Shown here piece after piece: positions 9,929 to 21,305 of a stretch of 64,000 nucleotides of DNA (positions are counted from its first letter, which is position 1; every line of letters begins with the position of its first letter). Origin of the DNA: an uncultured delta proteobacterium. GTDB taxonomy: Bacteria; Desulfobacterota; Binatia; Binatales; Binataceae. The position numbers were made by a program, and so were the translations under genes. The notes beneath the pieces were generated by a model. The model worked only from the letters and a program-made list of their open reading frames with translations, had not been told where the DNA came from and ran no database searches. The stretch is taken from assembly GCA_963711565.1 (NCBI GenBank), contig CAVQEQ010000003.1:544001-608000 (forward strand). Direction: 5' to 3'.

Positions 9929-11554
9929 ATGCGAAAAAGAACTGCGCGATGTCTCGCGCTTGGCCTCGTGGGACTGCTGATTCAACAAGGCTCGGTCTCT
10001 GCCTTCGGGCCGCCGCCGCCCGAAGGGCCGCCCACGGCGACGCCGATCAAGCATCTGGTCGTTATCTTTCCAGAGAACATCTCGTTCGATCACTACTTCG
10101 CGACTTATCCGAACGCCGCCAACCCAGCCGGCGAGCCACCGTTCTACGCGCAGCCGGGCACGCCGAACGTCAACGGGCTCGGCGGCGCGCTGCTGACGAG
10201 CAACCCTAATTTTCTGAACACCGCGAACATCGACGGCAGCAACCTCAATCCGTTTCGGCTCGATCGCAGCCAAGCCGCCACCGCAGACCAGGATCACAGC
10301 TACACCCCGGAACAGGAGGCGTTCGACCACGGCCTGATGGATCTGTTCCCACTCTCGGTTGGGGTCAAAGGCACGCCGCCGTTTCCACCGCCGTCGGGCG
10401 TCGAAACCAAGGGCCTGACGATGGGCTACTACGACGGCAACACCGTCACGGCGCTGTGGAATTACGCGCAGCGCTTCGCGATGAGCGATAATTCCTACGA
10501 CACGGTGTTCGGGCCGTCAACGCCCGGCGCGCTCAACCTCGTTTCCGGGCAGACTAACGGCGCCGTCCTGTCGGCGGGCAGCCCCAGCACGGTCTCGAAC
10601 TCCGACGGCTCCCTCACCCTGACCGGCGACGCCGATCCGGCGGGCGATGTCTGCTCAACGTCGAGCAACCAGGTTTCGATGACCGGGCCGAACATCGGAG
10701 AAGTGCTAACAACCGCGAAAATCACGTGGGGATGGTTCCACGGTGGATTCAATCTGTCACTGACCAATTCCAATGGAACCAATGGTTGCAACCGCAGCAC
10801 CACCTCGGCGGTGACGGGAGTGACGGAAAACGACTACATCCAGCATCACCAGCCATTCCAGTTCTACTCGAGCACGCAGAACCTGACTCATGCGCGGCCC
10901 ACGTCGATCGCGAATATCGGACAGACCGACGCGGCCAATCATCAGTACGACTCTGACGACTTCTTTGCCACGCTCAAGGAGAACAACCTGCCCGCCGTCA
11001 GCTTCATCAAGCCGCCCGGTTTCGAAGAGGGTCATGCGGGATATTCCGACCCGCTCGACGAGCAGACTTTTATCGTGACCGTGCTTAACGCGCTCCAGCA
11101 GTCGCCCGAGTGGAATTCCACCGCGGTAGTGATCTCGTGGGATGATTCGGACGGGTGGTACGATCACCAGATGTCGCCGATCCTCAATCAGTCGGCAAGC
11201 AGCATGGACGCGCTGACCGGCACAGGACTTTGCGGTACCGGTGCGGCCTCGCTGGCGGGCGTCAATCCCACCGCGCTCCCGCATGCGCAGGGCCGCTGCG
11301 GCTTCGGGCCGCGCCTGCCGTTCCTGGTGATCTCGCCGTACTCGCGCCCCAACTTTGTCGATCACACGTTGACCAACCAGGCCTCTGTCATTCGCTTTAT
11401 CGAGGATAATTGGCTGGGCGGGACGCGGCTCGGTGACGGCTCCTTCGACGCGATCTCGAACTCGATCACCTCGATGATGGACTTCGATCACGGGCCGCAA
11501 AGCTTCCCGCTGATCCTGGATACATCGACCGGCGAGCCAAAGTTCTCTTACTAG
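9929..11554 (+). CDS. Secreted phosphoesterase (phospholipase C/AcpA acid phosphatase family)
   Basis: IKHLVVIFPENISFDHYF, GPSTPG, HAGYSDP, DDSDGWYDH, GPRLPFLVISPY; signal peptide. Confidence 0.9.
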   Translation: MRKRTARCLALGLVGLLIQQGSVSAFGPPPPEGPPTATPIKHLVVIFPENISFDHYFATYPNAANPAGEPPFYAQPGTPNVNGLGGALLTSNPNFLNTANIDGSNLNPFRLDRSQAATADQDHSYTPEQEAFDHGLMDLFPLSVGVKGTPPFPPPSGVETKGLTMGYYDGNTVTALWNYAQRFAMSDNSYDTVFGPSTPGALNLVSGQTNGAVLSAGSPSTVSNSDGSLTLTGDADPAGDVCSTSSNQVSMTGPNIGEVLTTAKITWGWFHGGFNLSLTNSNGTNGCNRSTTSAVTGVTENDYIQHHQPFQFYSSTQNLTHARPTSIANIGQTDAANHQYDSDDFFATLKENNLPAVSFIKPPGFEEGHAGYSDPLDEQTFIVTVLNALQQSPEWNSTAVVISWDDSDGWYDHQMSPILNQSASSMDALTGTGLCGTGAASLAGVNPTALPHAQGRCGFGPRLPFLVISPYSRPNFVDHTLTNQASVIRFIEDNWLGGTRLGDGSFDAISNSITSMMDFDHGPQSFPLILDTSTGEPKFSY

Positions 11555-11647
11555 GCCCGGCCGGCGGCTTCAAAGTTGCGGCAGACGGGCACGCGCTCTT
11601 CACGGGCGCGTGCCCGTCATATTGCAAATGACAGAGATGAGGTAGGG

Positions 11648-13309
11648 GTGCCGATCACACGACGGGAGTTTCTGAAAAATAGCGGGCTGCTTGGAGTTGC
11701 GCTGACGGCCGCGTCAATGCGCGCATTCATACGGCCGGCGCCGAAATTTCGTCCTACGCTCAACACCGACTCGCTCGCGCGGTTCGTTGATCTGTTACCG
11801 ATTCCTTCGATTGCGCACTCGATCGGACGCCGCAAAGCCCCGACCGGCGCCGACGTCCCGTTCTACCGAATTGAGATGCGCGCATGCGAGAGCCGGTTGC
11901 ATCGCGATCTTAATCCGACCCAGATGTGGGGTTACGGCTCGACCTTTCCGGGCCCGACCTTCGAGACGAAGAGTGGCGAGGGCATCCTCGTCGAATGGAT
12001 CAACGCGCTGCCGAACGCGCACGTCTTTCCGATCGATCACAAACTTCACGGCGCGGAACGAAACCTCCCGGAAGTGCGAACCGTCGTTCACGTTCATGGC
12101 GCGAAGACCCCGCCCGACAGCGACGGCTACCCCGAGAGCTGGTATCCATCCGGCAAATCCGCCCTCGCCTGGTATCCGAACCGGCAGGACGCCGCGATGC
12201 TCTGGTATCACGATCATGCGATGGGGATTAACCGGCTGAACATCTACGCCGGGCTGGCCGGACTGTTCATCGTGCGCGACGACGCCGAAGCCGCGCTGAA
12301 TCTTCCGTCGGGAAAATTCGAAATCCCGCTGGTACTGTGCGACCGTCTGCTTGACCGCGACCATCAGCTCTACTACCCGGACTCGGGAATTCCCGGCGCG
12401 CCATGGATTCCCGAGGTCTATGGCAACGTCATTCTGGCCAACGGCAAGATCTTTCCCTACCTTGATGTGGAGCCGCGGATGTACCGCGTTCGCGTGCTCA
12501 ACGCCGCGAATTCGCGATTTTTTTCGTTGTCGCTCGGCAGCGGTGGGTCCTTTCATCAAATCGGAACCGACCTGGGATTGCTGCCGGCGCCGGTCGAACT
12601 GAAAAGCCTGCTGCTCTATCCTGCCGAACGCGCGGATCTCATCTTCGATTTCAGCGGTCACGCCGGCGAGCGAATCGAGCTGAAACATCAGGCGATGGAG
12701 GTGATGCAGTTCCGGGTCGCCGACGAACCGGCGAAGGAGACGGGCGTCATGCCGGCGAGGATGCGGCCGGTCGCGAAGCTCGCCGAGTCGGCCGCCGTCA
12801 CGACGCGGATGCTGACGCTGGTCGAGTATGACGACTACGTCGGAAACTCGATGGTGATGCTGCTAAACGGATCGCATTGGAGCGATCCGGTTACCGAGCA
12901 ACCGATCCTCGACTCGGTGGAAATCTGGAACCTCATCAACCTCACCGAGGACGCACATCCAATTCATCTGCACCTGGTTCGCTTTCAAATTCTCGACCGC
13001 CGGCCGTTCGACGTATTCGCCTATCAGCAGAATCGAACGATCCGCTATCTCGGTCCCGCCACGCCGCCCGATCCGAACGAAGCGGGCTGGAAGGACACCG
13101 TCCGCGCCGATCCCGGACTGGTTACGCGAATCATCGCCCGGTTCGAGGGCTTCGCCGGCCGCTACGTCTGGCATTGCCACCTGCTCGAGCACGAGGACAA
13201 CGAGATGATGCGCCCATACGAGGTCGTCACATCGGCGTCCGAGCGGGTTGCGGCAATCACGGCGCAGGAAGCTTCGTGGTGCATCGGCGGCAACATCGTG
13301 CGGCGCTGA
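11648..13309 (+). CDS. Tat-exported multicopper oxidase (CotA/bilirubin oxidase-like)
   Basis: RREFLK Tat motif; copper motifs HVHG, WYHDH, HPIHLH, HCHLLEHED-x2-MM. Confidence 0.92.
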   Translation: MPITRREFLKNSGLLGVALTAASMRAFIRPAPKFRPTLNTDSLARFVDLLPIPSIAHSIGRRKAPTGADVPFYRIEMRACESRLHRDLNPTQMWGYGSTFPGPTFETKSGEGILVEWINALPNAHVFPIDHKLHGAERNLPEVRTVVHVHGAKTPPDSDGYPESWYPSGKSALAWYPNRQDAAMLWYHDHAMGINRLNIYAGLAGLFIVRDDAEAALNLPSGKFEIPLVLCDRLLDRDHQLYYPDSGIPGAPWIPEVYGNVILANGKIFPYLDVEPRMYRVRVLNAANSRFFSLSLGSGGSFHQIGTDLGLLPAPVELKSLLLYPAERADLIFDFSGHAGERIELKHQAMEVMQFRVADEPAKETGVMPARMRPVAKLAESAAVTTRMLTLVEYDDYVGNSMVMLLNGSHWSDPVTEQPILDSVEIWNLINLTEDAHPIHLHLVRFQILDRRPFDVFAYQQNRTIRYLGPATPPDPNEAGWKDTVRADPGLVTRIIARFEGFAGRYVWHCHLLEHEDNEMMRPYEVVTSASERVAAITAQEASWCIGGNIVRR

Positions 13310-13410
13310 CCAGATCACAGTCCTGCAACACAATCCTGATGTGCCCGTAAGCTGCGCGGCGTATATCTGCCGTTCGCAAAAGCCAGAAAGACTCGGAGAG
13401 GGAGAACGCC

Positions 13411-15021
13411 GTGGCAGCGACTATAGAACGTTCAATTCCTGTTAGCGGTGCGGTCAGCGACAAACTCGCGAGAAAAACGGGTACCGGCCCGATAATCATC
13501 TTCGGCTTGATTCTCGCCGCGGGCTTGTTCTATGTCGCCACCCACCTGATTTCCGACCTCAGTGTCGAGAAGGCTACGACCATCCGCCCCTACATCATGC
13601 TCGCCGGCGCGCTGTTGATTGCGCTCGGCTTCGAGTTCGTTAACGGCTTCCACGACACGGCCAATGCGGTTGCGACCGTGATTTATACGCACTCGATGGA
13701 GCCTCACATCGCGGTAGCATGGTCGGGGCTGTGCAACTTCGCCGGCGTGCTGATTTCCTCAGGCGCTGTAGCCTTCGGCATCTTGTCGTTGCTGCCGGTG
13801 GAACTGATCTTACAGGTCGGCAGCTCCGGCGGTTTCGCGATGGTGTTCGCGTTACTGGTCGCTGCGATGATCTGGAATCTCGGGACGTGGTACCTGGGCC
13901 TTCCGGCGTCGAGCTCGCACACGCTGATCGGATCGATCATAGGTGTAGGTATCGCCAACCAGTTGATGGCCGTGAAGACGGGTACCAGCGGCGTCGATTG
14001 GGGGCAGGCCGCCAACATCGGCAAATCGCTGCTGGTTTCGCCGATAGTAGGATTCGCGGTAGCCGCCGGGCTGCTGCTGCTCTTTAAGGCGCTGATCACC
14101 GACAAGCGTTTGTACGAAGCTCCGGAGGGGACCGAGCCGCCGCCATTCTGGATTCGCGGCCTGCTCATTCTGACTTGCACTGCCGTGAGCTTCGCGCATG
14201 GATCGAACGACGGTCAGAAGGGCATGGGTCTCATCATGCTGATCCTGATAGGTCTCGTGCCGACAGCCTATGCGCTCAATCGCGCGGTGCCCGCGAGTGC
14301 TACCGCGGACTTCGTCGCGGTCTCGGCGCAGACTGTCAGTGTTCTCGACCAGCATGTTTCCGCGAGCGCGGTCGTTCCGGGAGATCCTCGCGACGTCGTG
14401 CAGGAATACATCCGCAGCAAGACTTTCACTCCCGACACGATGATGGCGCTGCGCCAGATCGTGAACGACATCTCCAACGAACTGAAAATCTACAAGGCGA
14501 TGGCGAATGTGCCGCCGCAGTACGCCCGCAACTTCCGCAATGACATGTACCTTACCAGCGAAGCCTTCCGGCTGATGAAGAAGCAGAATATCGCGGCTTT
14601 CACCGCCTCGGATTGGACCGCGCTCGACAACTACAAGAAGCACATCGACCTGGCGACGAAGTTCATCCCCGGATGGGTGAAGGTCGCCGTCGCGATGGCG
14701 CTGGGACTCGGTACGATGGTCGGCTGGAAGCGAATCGTCGTGACCGTCGGCGAAAAAATCGGCAAGGATCACCTGACCTACGGACAAGGAGCGGCTGCCG
14801 AGATCACCGCGGCGGCTACGATAGCCGCTGCCGACTGGTATGGGCTTCCTGTGAGTACGACTCACGTGCTGTCATCGGGCGTCGCCGGCACGATGCTGGC
14901 CAACAAGTCCGGTCTGCAACTCGAAACGGTGCGCAACATCGCAATGGCCTGGATTCTGACGCTGCCCGCTTCGATCATGCTCGCGGCGTTCCTGTTCTGG
15001 CTGTTCCGCCATGCGTTCTAA
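13411..15021 (+). CDS. pitA: Inorganic phosphate transporter, PiT family
   Basis: NGFHDTANAVAT, AHGSNDGQK, GLPVSTTH signatures. Confidence 0.92.
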   Translation: MAATIERSIPVSGAVSDKLARKTGTGPIIIFGLILAAGLFYVATHLISDLSVEKATTIRPYIMLAGALLIALGFEFVNGFHDTANAVATVIYTHSMEPHIAVAWSGLCNFAGVLISSGAVAFGILSLLPVELILQVGSSGGFAMVFALLVAAMIWNLGTWYLGLPASSSHTLIGSIIGVGIANQLMAVKTGTSGVDWGQAANIGKSLLVSPIVGFAVAAGLLLLFKALITDKRLYEAPEGTEPPPFWIRGLLILTCTAVSFAHGSNDGQKGMGLIMLILIGLVPTAYALNRAVPASATADFVAVSAQTVSVLDQHVSASAVVPGDPRDVVQEYIRSKTFTPDTMMALRQIVNDISNELKIYKAMANVPPQYARNFRNDMYLTSEAFRLMKKQNIAAFTASDWTALDNYKKHIDLATKFIPGWVKVAVAMALGLGTMVGWKRIVVTVGEKIGKDHLTYGQGAAAEITAAATIAAADWYGLPVSTTHVLSSGVAGTMLANKSGLQLETVRNIAMAWILTLPASIMLAAFLFWLFRHAF

Positions 15022-15051
15022 GCGTCATCGGCGTGTGCTGGGGTAAATGAG

Positions 15052-15486
15052 ATGGCTTTCCCATTCAAACGAATTCTAGCTCCGGTGGACTTCGATCCAA
15101 GCTCGCTGATGGCACTGGAGTTTGCCGCGAAACTTGCCAAGCAAAATGACGGCACTGTCTTCGTCCTGCATATCGTGCCGGTCGATATGGACGTGACCGG
15201 GATGCCTCAGTACGTCGATCTCATCAAGCGCCAGGAGAGCCTCGATCGCGACAAGCTGACCGCGATCGCCAAGCAACATCTGGCGGAAGTGAAATGGGAG
15301 ATTCTCGACCAGATGGGCGAGCCCGCGGACGTTATCGACGACGTCGCGACCAAGCTGCCCGCCGACTTGATCGTGATGGTCACCCATGGGCGGCGCGGGC
15401 TGGCGCGGCTGGTCGAAGGCAGCATCGCGGAGAAGGTGTTGCGCAACGCACCGTGCCCAGTCCTCGCTGTGCGCCAAGAACAATAG
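15052..15486 (+). CDS. Universal stress protein
   Basis: RILAPVDF, DLIVMVTHGRRG, GSIAEKVLRNAPCPVL. Confidence 0.92.
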   Translation: MAFPFKRILAPVDFDPSSLMALEFAAKLAKQNDGTVFVLHIVPVDMDVTGMPQYVDLIKRQESLDRDKLTAIAKQHLAEVKWEILDQMGEPADVIDDVATKLPADLIVMVTHGRRGLARLVEGSIAEKVLRNAPCPVLAVRQEQ

Positions 15487-15540
15487 GACGCTTTTGCCGG
15501 ATCGCCCTCTTCTCTTTTGGCGATTTGATTCCTACCGGGA

Positions 15541-15981
15541 CTATGCCGCCTTAAGTTCCGACGTGCAGTGGGGGCATCGCGTGGCGCCGATCGGGACCGC
15601 GCTCAGGCAATACGGACAGTCCTTGGTCGAGGGCGGCGCGGGCTTTTCGCCGACGAGGCGATTCACCCATTTGACGAGCAGGAAGACCGCGAACGCAATT
15701 ATCAGGAAATCGATGATCGTGTTGAGGAACACACCGACGTTCAGAGTCGGGGCCCCCGCCGCTTTGGCGGCCGCCAGGCTGTCGTAGTGCTTCGACGAAA
15801 GATTGATGAACAGATTCGAGAAATCGACCGCGCCGAGCGCAAGGCCGATCGGCGGCATCAGAATGTCGTTAGTGAACGAAGTGACGATTTTTCCGAATGC
15901 GGCGCCGACGACGAAGCCGACCGCGAGATCGATCACGTTGCCCTTGATTGCGAACTGCTTGAACTCCGAGAGTATCGACAC
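15541..15981 (-). CDS. mscL: Large-conductance mechanosensitive channel with C-terminal CxxC-CxxC tail
   Basis: [30 protein letters not shown]; GTG start 15981 after SD ggagga. Confidence 0.93.
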   Translation of the reverse strand: MSILSEFKQFAIKGNVIDLAVGFVVGAAFGKIVTSFTNDILMPPIGLALGAVDFSNLFINLSSKHYDSLAAAKAAGAPTLNVGVFLNTIIDFLIIAFAVFLLVKWVNRLVGEKPAPPSTKDCPYCLSAVPIGATRCPHCTSELKAA

Positions 15982-16189
15982 GACGCATCCTCCGTTGATC
16001 GGTTTGAATTGGTGAGGAGCCCCGCCTACCAAAGCATCGCGGCGCGCTGAAGTAAACGGGCGCGGCTCTGGTTCGCTCGGCGGTCGATTGACTTTGCGGA
16101 AATGCATCTGGTAGCCCGTTGGAGTATTCGCGTAGTAAGTTTCGAGAGGAGTCGCGCCGCGCTGAGCGGCTGTGACGGAGGAAGAATTC

Positions 16190-17143
16190 GTGGACAAGCA
16201 TCCGATTCGTTTCGGAGTTCAGACCGGACAACAGAACATCGAGTGGGAACAACTGCGCAGCTTCTGGGCGAAGGCTGATGGCTGGGGCTACGATTCGCTG
16301 TGGGTGTTCGATCATTTCTATCCCATCTTCTCGCCCGACCCGGCGGGCCCATGCATGGAAGGCTGGACGCTGCTGAGCGCTCTCAGTCAGCACACCAAGC
16401 GCGCGCGAATTGGCGCGCTGGTCAACGGCAATACCTATCGCAACCCGTCGCTCACCGCGAAGATGGCGGCGACGCTCGACAACCTCAGCGGCGGCAGGCT
16501 CAATCTCGGACTCGGTGCGGGATGGTTCGAAGCGGAGCATCGGAGCCTCGGCTTCGATTTCAAGACTCTTGGCGGTCGGCTGAATGCGCTCGACGAGTCG
16601 TGCCAAATAATCAAGGGAATGCTCACGCAGGAGAAAACCACGCTGCACGGCAAGCATTACAACGTGGTCAACGCGATCTGTAATCCGAAGCCGATCCAGA
16701 AAAATCTGCCGCTTATGATCGGCGGTCATGGCGAGAAGGTGCTGCTGAAGATCGTGGCCAAGCATGCGGACATGTGGAACATGGGCAACGCCGATGCCGC
16801 GGAAATGAAACGGCTCATCGGCGTGATCGAGCGCCACGGCGATACGGTGGGCCGCAACACTGACGAAATCGAAAAGACCTTGATGCTCGCGCTGTGCTAC
16901 AAGGCGCCCAAGCAGCGCGAGGAAACGCTTTCATCGATCGTCGCGATGATGGCGCAGACGACGCCCGACCGAGCACGCGAGATGATGGTTATCGGCAACA
17001 AGCAGGAGTGCGTGGACAAGCTCGAGCGCTACATCAAGGCGGGCGTGACGCATTTCATCTTTCTGCACAACCCGCCGATAACCGCCGAAGAGGATATCCA
17101 GGCCTTCGCCGAGGACATCATCCCGCAGTTCCACTCGAGCTGA
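16190..17143 (+). CDS. LLM-class flavin/F420-dependent oxidoreductase
   Basis: [46 protein letters not shown]. Confidence 0.9.
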   Translation: MDKHPIRFGVQTGQQNIEWEQLRSFWAKADGWGYDSLWVFDHFYPIFSPDPAGPCMEGWTLLSALSQHTKRARIGALVNGNTYRNPSLTAKMAATLDNLSGGRLNLGLGAGWFEAEHRSLGFDFKTLGGRLNALDESCQIIKGMLTQEKTTLHGKHYNVVNAICNPKPIQKNLPLMIGGHGEKVLLKIVAKHADMWNMGNADAAEMKRLIGVIERHGDTVGRNTDEIEKTLMLALCYKAPKQREETLSSIVAMMAQTTPDRAREMMVIGNKQECVDKLERYIKAGVTHFIFLHNPPITAEEDIQAFAEDIIPQFHSS

Positions 17144-17153
17144 ATTTCCGGAC

Positions 17154-19768
17154 TCACTTCCCGGTCCCTTGCAACTCGATCGTCTGGTTCGCGTTTGCCG
17201 CGTTGTCATAAATGGTCACGGTGGAGAACATCGGACCCGGCAGAGACGGAGCGAACAGCACGGTAAGCTTGCACTTCTTTTTGGGTAAGAGCTGCGCGGG
17301 ACAGTTCGTGGCAAACCCGAATTCCTGCGGGCTCGTCAACGGGACCGCCGCCGGCGGATTGCCGAACGTGATCGGCGATCCGTGCTTGGCCGGATTGCTG
17401 ATCTTGACCGTTACGCTTGCTACATGCCCGACTTTCACTTTGCCGAAATTTACTGAAGTAGGTTTAACCTTCAGCGACTCGGGTACTCCCGTAGGCGTCG
17501 ATGTAGGCGTTGCAGTCGGCGTGAGAGTCGGAGCCCCTCCGGTCGGCGTCGCGGTTGGAGTTGGAGTCGCGCCCGTCGACGTCGCGGTTGGCGTTGGCGT
17601 CGGCGTCGATGTCGGCGCGGTCGCGCCGAATGCCATCACGAGATTGTACGCGTTGACGGTTCCGATGCCGGTCGCGAAGTCCCATCCGGTGCCCGTCGGA
17701 TACGCGGGCGCAAACTCGGAGTCAGAGGTTGACAGCACGCCATTCTTGCCGGACGGCGTGTAACAGTTATGCGAACCGGTGCACGGCACGTCGATGTCGC
17801 CCTGCGTCACGTCGTAAAAGATGCACGAACCGGCCGCGCCATTGCCCAGCGTCGAGCTACAGGAGGCCGCGCCGCCTGCGCCATACTCCGCATCGGCCAG
17901 CGCGTAGTACGTCGGATTGGGATTGCCTTGCCGGCTTCCGGTTTTTTGATTTATCAGCGACTGAATGCCCGCCATTATCGGCGAGGCGAATGACGTCCCG
18001 CCGAAACCCGCCCAAGTGCTTGGCGCACCGGTGCAAGGCGCGCCGTAATAGCCCGGCGTCGGGTCGGAATAGCAGATCACGTAGTAGTGATTCCAAACGC
18101 CGTCAGCCGCGAACAGCGATACGTCAGGCACGTCGCGCACGCCGTCGTGAGGGTTGCCGACTATCGATTGCCAGCTGGGTTTTGCGTAACCCGCGCAGCT
18201 TCCGCCGACGACGCCGCTGCTCGACGGCGAGCCCGTGGCGCATCCGCTCGGGCCGCCGCTGCCAGCGACGACCTCCAGGAAATCGTCTTTGCCTGTGGTG
18301 CTATTGCAGAAGCCGCTCGAGCCGTACGCGGTGCCATAGCCGCGGTAGTTGTCGATTAACGCGCTCGCACACGAGTCGTTCCATGGAATTTCCGGAACGT
18401 ACGAAAGCGCGGATTCGTAATCGGGACTGTTGGAGTCGCTCCAGTAGGAGCTGTTGCTGTTTGCGTAAGTATCGCCGAAATCGGTGCCGCCGACCGAGAC
18501 GTTATACGGCGTCGAGGTGAAGCCGCTGACTCCGATGCCGTGCGACGCTGTAGCATTATCTGCATCAGAGCTCGCGGCGCCCTCGTCGCCCGACGCCACA
18601 AACACCGATACACCCTCGCCAACAGCCTGCTGATACAACGAATTGATGTACGCGTTTTGCGTCGCGCCGTCGTCCGCCTCCGACTGGCCGTAACTGATGC
18701 TGATGATGGCCGGTGGCGTGTCCGATTCATTGAGCAGATTCGTCATCGCGATGAATCCGCCGAAGGTGGTCTTGGTGTCGGCGCACGCAGCCACCTCGAT
18801 TGCGGCGTTCGGCGCGGCCGCGCTCGACCATTCCGCGTCGATCTCGGCCTCACCGTCGGCGTCATTTATTCCGGGGTCGGAGCAGCCATCCGGATGAAGC
18901 TGGCTGAGCGAGCCCTCGGGGTAGGCGCTCGCAAGTCCCATCACGTTGCGAAACGTGGTCCAGTCGGAGGTCTTGTAAAGGTCGCTGTCCTCGAGCACGA
19001 CGATCGTCTGTCCCTGGCCGGAATAACCCGCGGTGAACAGTGGATTGAAATTGTAGATGGTCGCGAGGTCAGCCGGCACCACCAGGTTCGCCTGCTCGCC
19101 ATCGACATTGACGGTGTAGGCGGGACGCGGACGGTTCATCGCGTGCGGCCGGAAGTCGTTGAGCGACACCACGCCGGCCACCGCCGCGCCAGCGCCGCGG
19201 GAATTTGCGGGTCACTCATGTTGGCGATATGCGCGGCGCCATTCACCGTGAGATTGTGAATCTCAGTGTGGAAGGCCTCGCGCACATTGCCGGCGTTGCC
19301 CGAGAAATCGATCATCATTCCGTTTTGATAAGTGCGGTTGACGGTCAGGCGGTGCGCTTGAAGCCAGCCCGCGATCTTCGCGAGATCCTGTTGGGCAAGT
19401 CCGAAGCGATCGCCGAACTCCTGTGCCGTCAGCCACTGATGGTAGTTCGGCGACTTGGGATCCTCGAGCTCATCGAGAAATTTTTCGAGCGCACTCTCCT
19501 GCGCGGGAGAGCGTCGCAACTGGAGGATCATGTGCTCGAGCGGGAAGTCGGCGGCAACCGGGCCGCGGTCATTGGCCGCGGTCGCTTCGGGACGCGTATT
19601 ACCGGCGAGCGTGACCAGTGCATTCTCATCGATGGCGGCGGTGATGAGGGGCTGCGTTCCCGCACCCGCACTGAAGGCGGCACGGCCGCAGGTAAGCAGT
19701 ATCAGGGCGCCGACGGCGACGAGACTCGCGCGTTTGAGGTGCTTTTTCGCTGATTGCACTCCCGACAC
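17154..19768 (-). pseudogene. S53 (sedolisin/kumamolisin) serine protease with pro-domain, PT linker and Ig-like C-domain; split by a 1-bp frameshift near 19186 (real lesion or assembly error)
   Basis: Signal and pro-domain in ORF 19136-19768; catalytic EAEID, SGD, GGTSFASP in ORF 17154-19181; adding one base restores IPAALAPAVAGVVSLNDF. Confidence 0.85.
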
Positions 19769-20005
19769 ACCAATACGCTACGAACAAAATCGAACTATGA
19801 AGCCGTTACGTGAGATGACGTTGTGCTTGAGATGGCACTTGCGGCCATGCCCGCGTTTGCCGCAGCCACAACCGTTCCAAACATGATTGCTGCCGAAAGG
19901 ATAGCAGCAAATATGAAGCCGGCGGTATTCATTGCATTCCTCTAACAGGAATACGCAGGGCGGAGCGGCCGGTTACGCCAAAAAAAGGTGCTATCTGCTT
20001 GGCGA

Positions 20006-20926
20006 TTATGCGGCTTTCACTATCAGATCGTCCGGGTCGGGCCGATTGCCCCTACTTCCGCTATGCGGAGTGCCGTGGCGAACGTCCGTAGCGAGGCCCA
20101 GTTTCTCGAGCGCCAGTATCAGCATGTAGCCGGCGTCGGGCTGGCGCCAGCTCCATCCGAGGCGTGCGGAACCGGGGCGCGCGTGATGGTTGCGATGCCA
20201 GTTCTCGCCCTGGAACAGATGCATCAGCGCGAGCCATGTTACGTTGCGGCTCGAATCCTCGCCCGCCTCGACGCCCGGTTCGGTGTGGCAAACGCTGTTG
20301 ACGAAACACTGCGCGTGCAATCCGAAGCACAAACGAATCGCGCCCAGCCAGAAAAACGCGGCGGGGCTGAAATACAAACCGCCGAGATACGACAGCGTCA
20401 GGATCGGCGTCTGGAACCATCGCCAGGCGCGATACGAAACGCCGCTCAAATCGGGGCAGTAGCGATCGATAGGCGGCTCGCCCGCCTGCCATAGCCATCG
20501 CAGATGCGCCCACCAGAAACCGCCCCAGCGCGGGCTCGAGATGTCTTCCGGGGTGTCAGCCTTGGCGTGATGCAGCCGATGGCCGGCGGCCCACGTGGTC
20601 GGCGCGCCGGAGCCGTTGAACATCGCAAGAAAAATAAGGACGCCGCGCGCCCACGGATTCAGCGTGAGCGAGCGATGCGCGATCGCGCGATGGTACCCGA
20701 CCGTGGTGCCCAGCCCGCCGAGGAACACGAGCGCCACCGCGCCCAGAAAGATCGGCCAGCCGGGAAGCGGATAGAGCACAAGCCCGATCGCGGCGGTAAT
20801 ATGAATGAGGAGAACCCAGCCCAGTATTGCAATGTCGCGCTTGCCGGCGTGCCACCATGGCTGCCTCCACGGCGCGGTCTTCATGATTTGTTCGGTTGTG
20901 CTCGTCGGCGTGAAAGCTGCTGCCAT
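20006..20926 (-). CDS. Membrane fatty-acid (acyl-CoA delta-9-type) desaturase
   Basis: Three His boxes HRAIAH, HRLHH, HRNHH; GGFWWAH; ATG 20926 after ggaga. Confidence 0.9.
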   Translation of the reverse strand: MAAAFTPTSTTEQIMKTAPWRQPWWHAGKRDIAILGWVLLIHITAAIGLVLYPLPGWPIFLGAVALVFLGGLGTTVGYHRAIAHRSLTLNPWARGVLIFLAMFNGSGAPTTWAAGHRLHHAKADTPEDISSPRWGGFWWAHLRWLWQAGEPPIDRYCPDLSGVSYRAWRWFQTPILTLSYLGGLYFSPAAFFWLGAIRLCFGLHAQCFVNSVCHTEPGVEAGEDSSRNVTWLALMHLFQGENWHRNHHARPGSARLGWSWRQPDAGYMLILALEKLGLATDVRHGTPHSGSRGNRPDPDDLIVKAA

Positions 20927-21305
20927 TCGTCTCTCCAGCGATCGTATTTTGCCCACACCAACACCCGCGCCTGTTTGGCTGCACGGATGATGATGCTTCC
21001 GGCTGCAGGGCGCGCGTGCTTGCGCGCTTCCAGCTGCCGCCAGCATCAGCACATTTTCACTTCTAACCGGGATGCCTTCGATTCTAAGGCGGGGGGCTGA
21101 ATGTGCTTGCCGTCGCGGACTGTGACATTACAGGATACAGACGCCGCGCGCTACAAGCGATTGCACCAACACAGTTACGTGCGTGTTATGAACTTTGCCC
21201 AGTGTGCCCCAAAGAACATCGCGAGATCAGCGCCACGAATCGCAATTGGATTCCAAGCTGCGCGCTTTGTCATTGCCGGATGCGTGCGATATGAGTCGGG
21301 CCACT

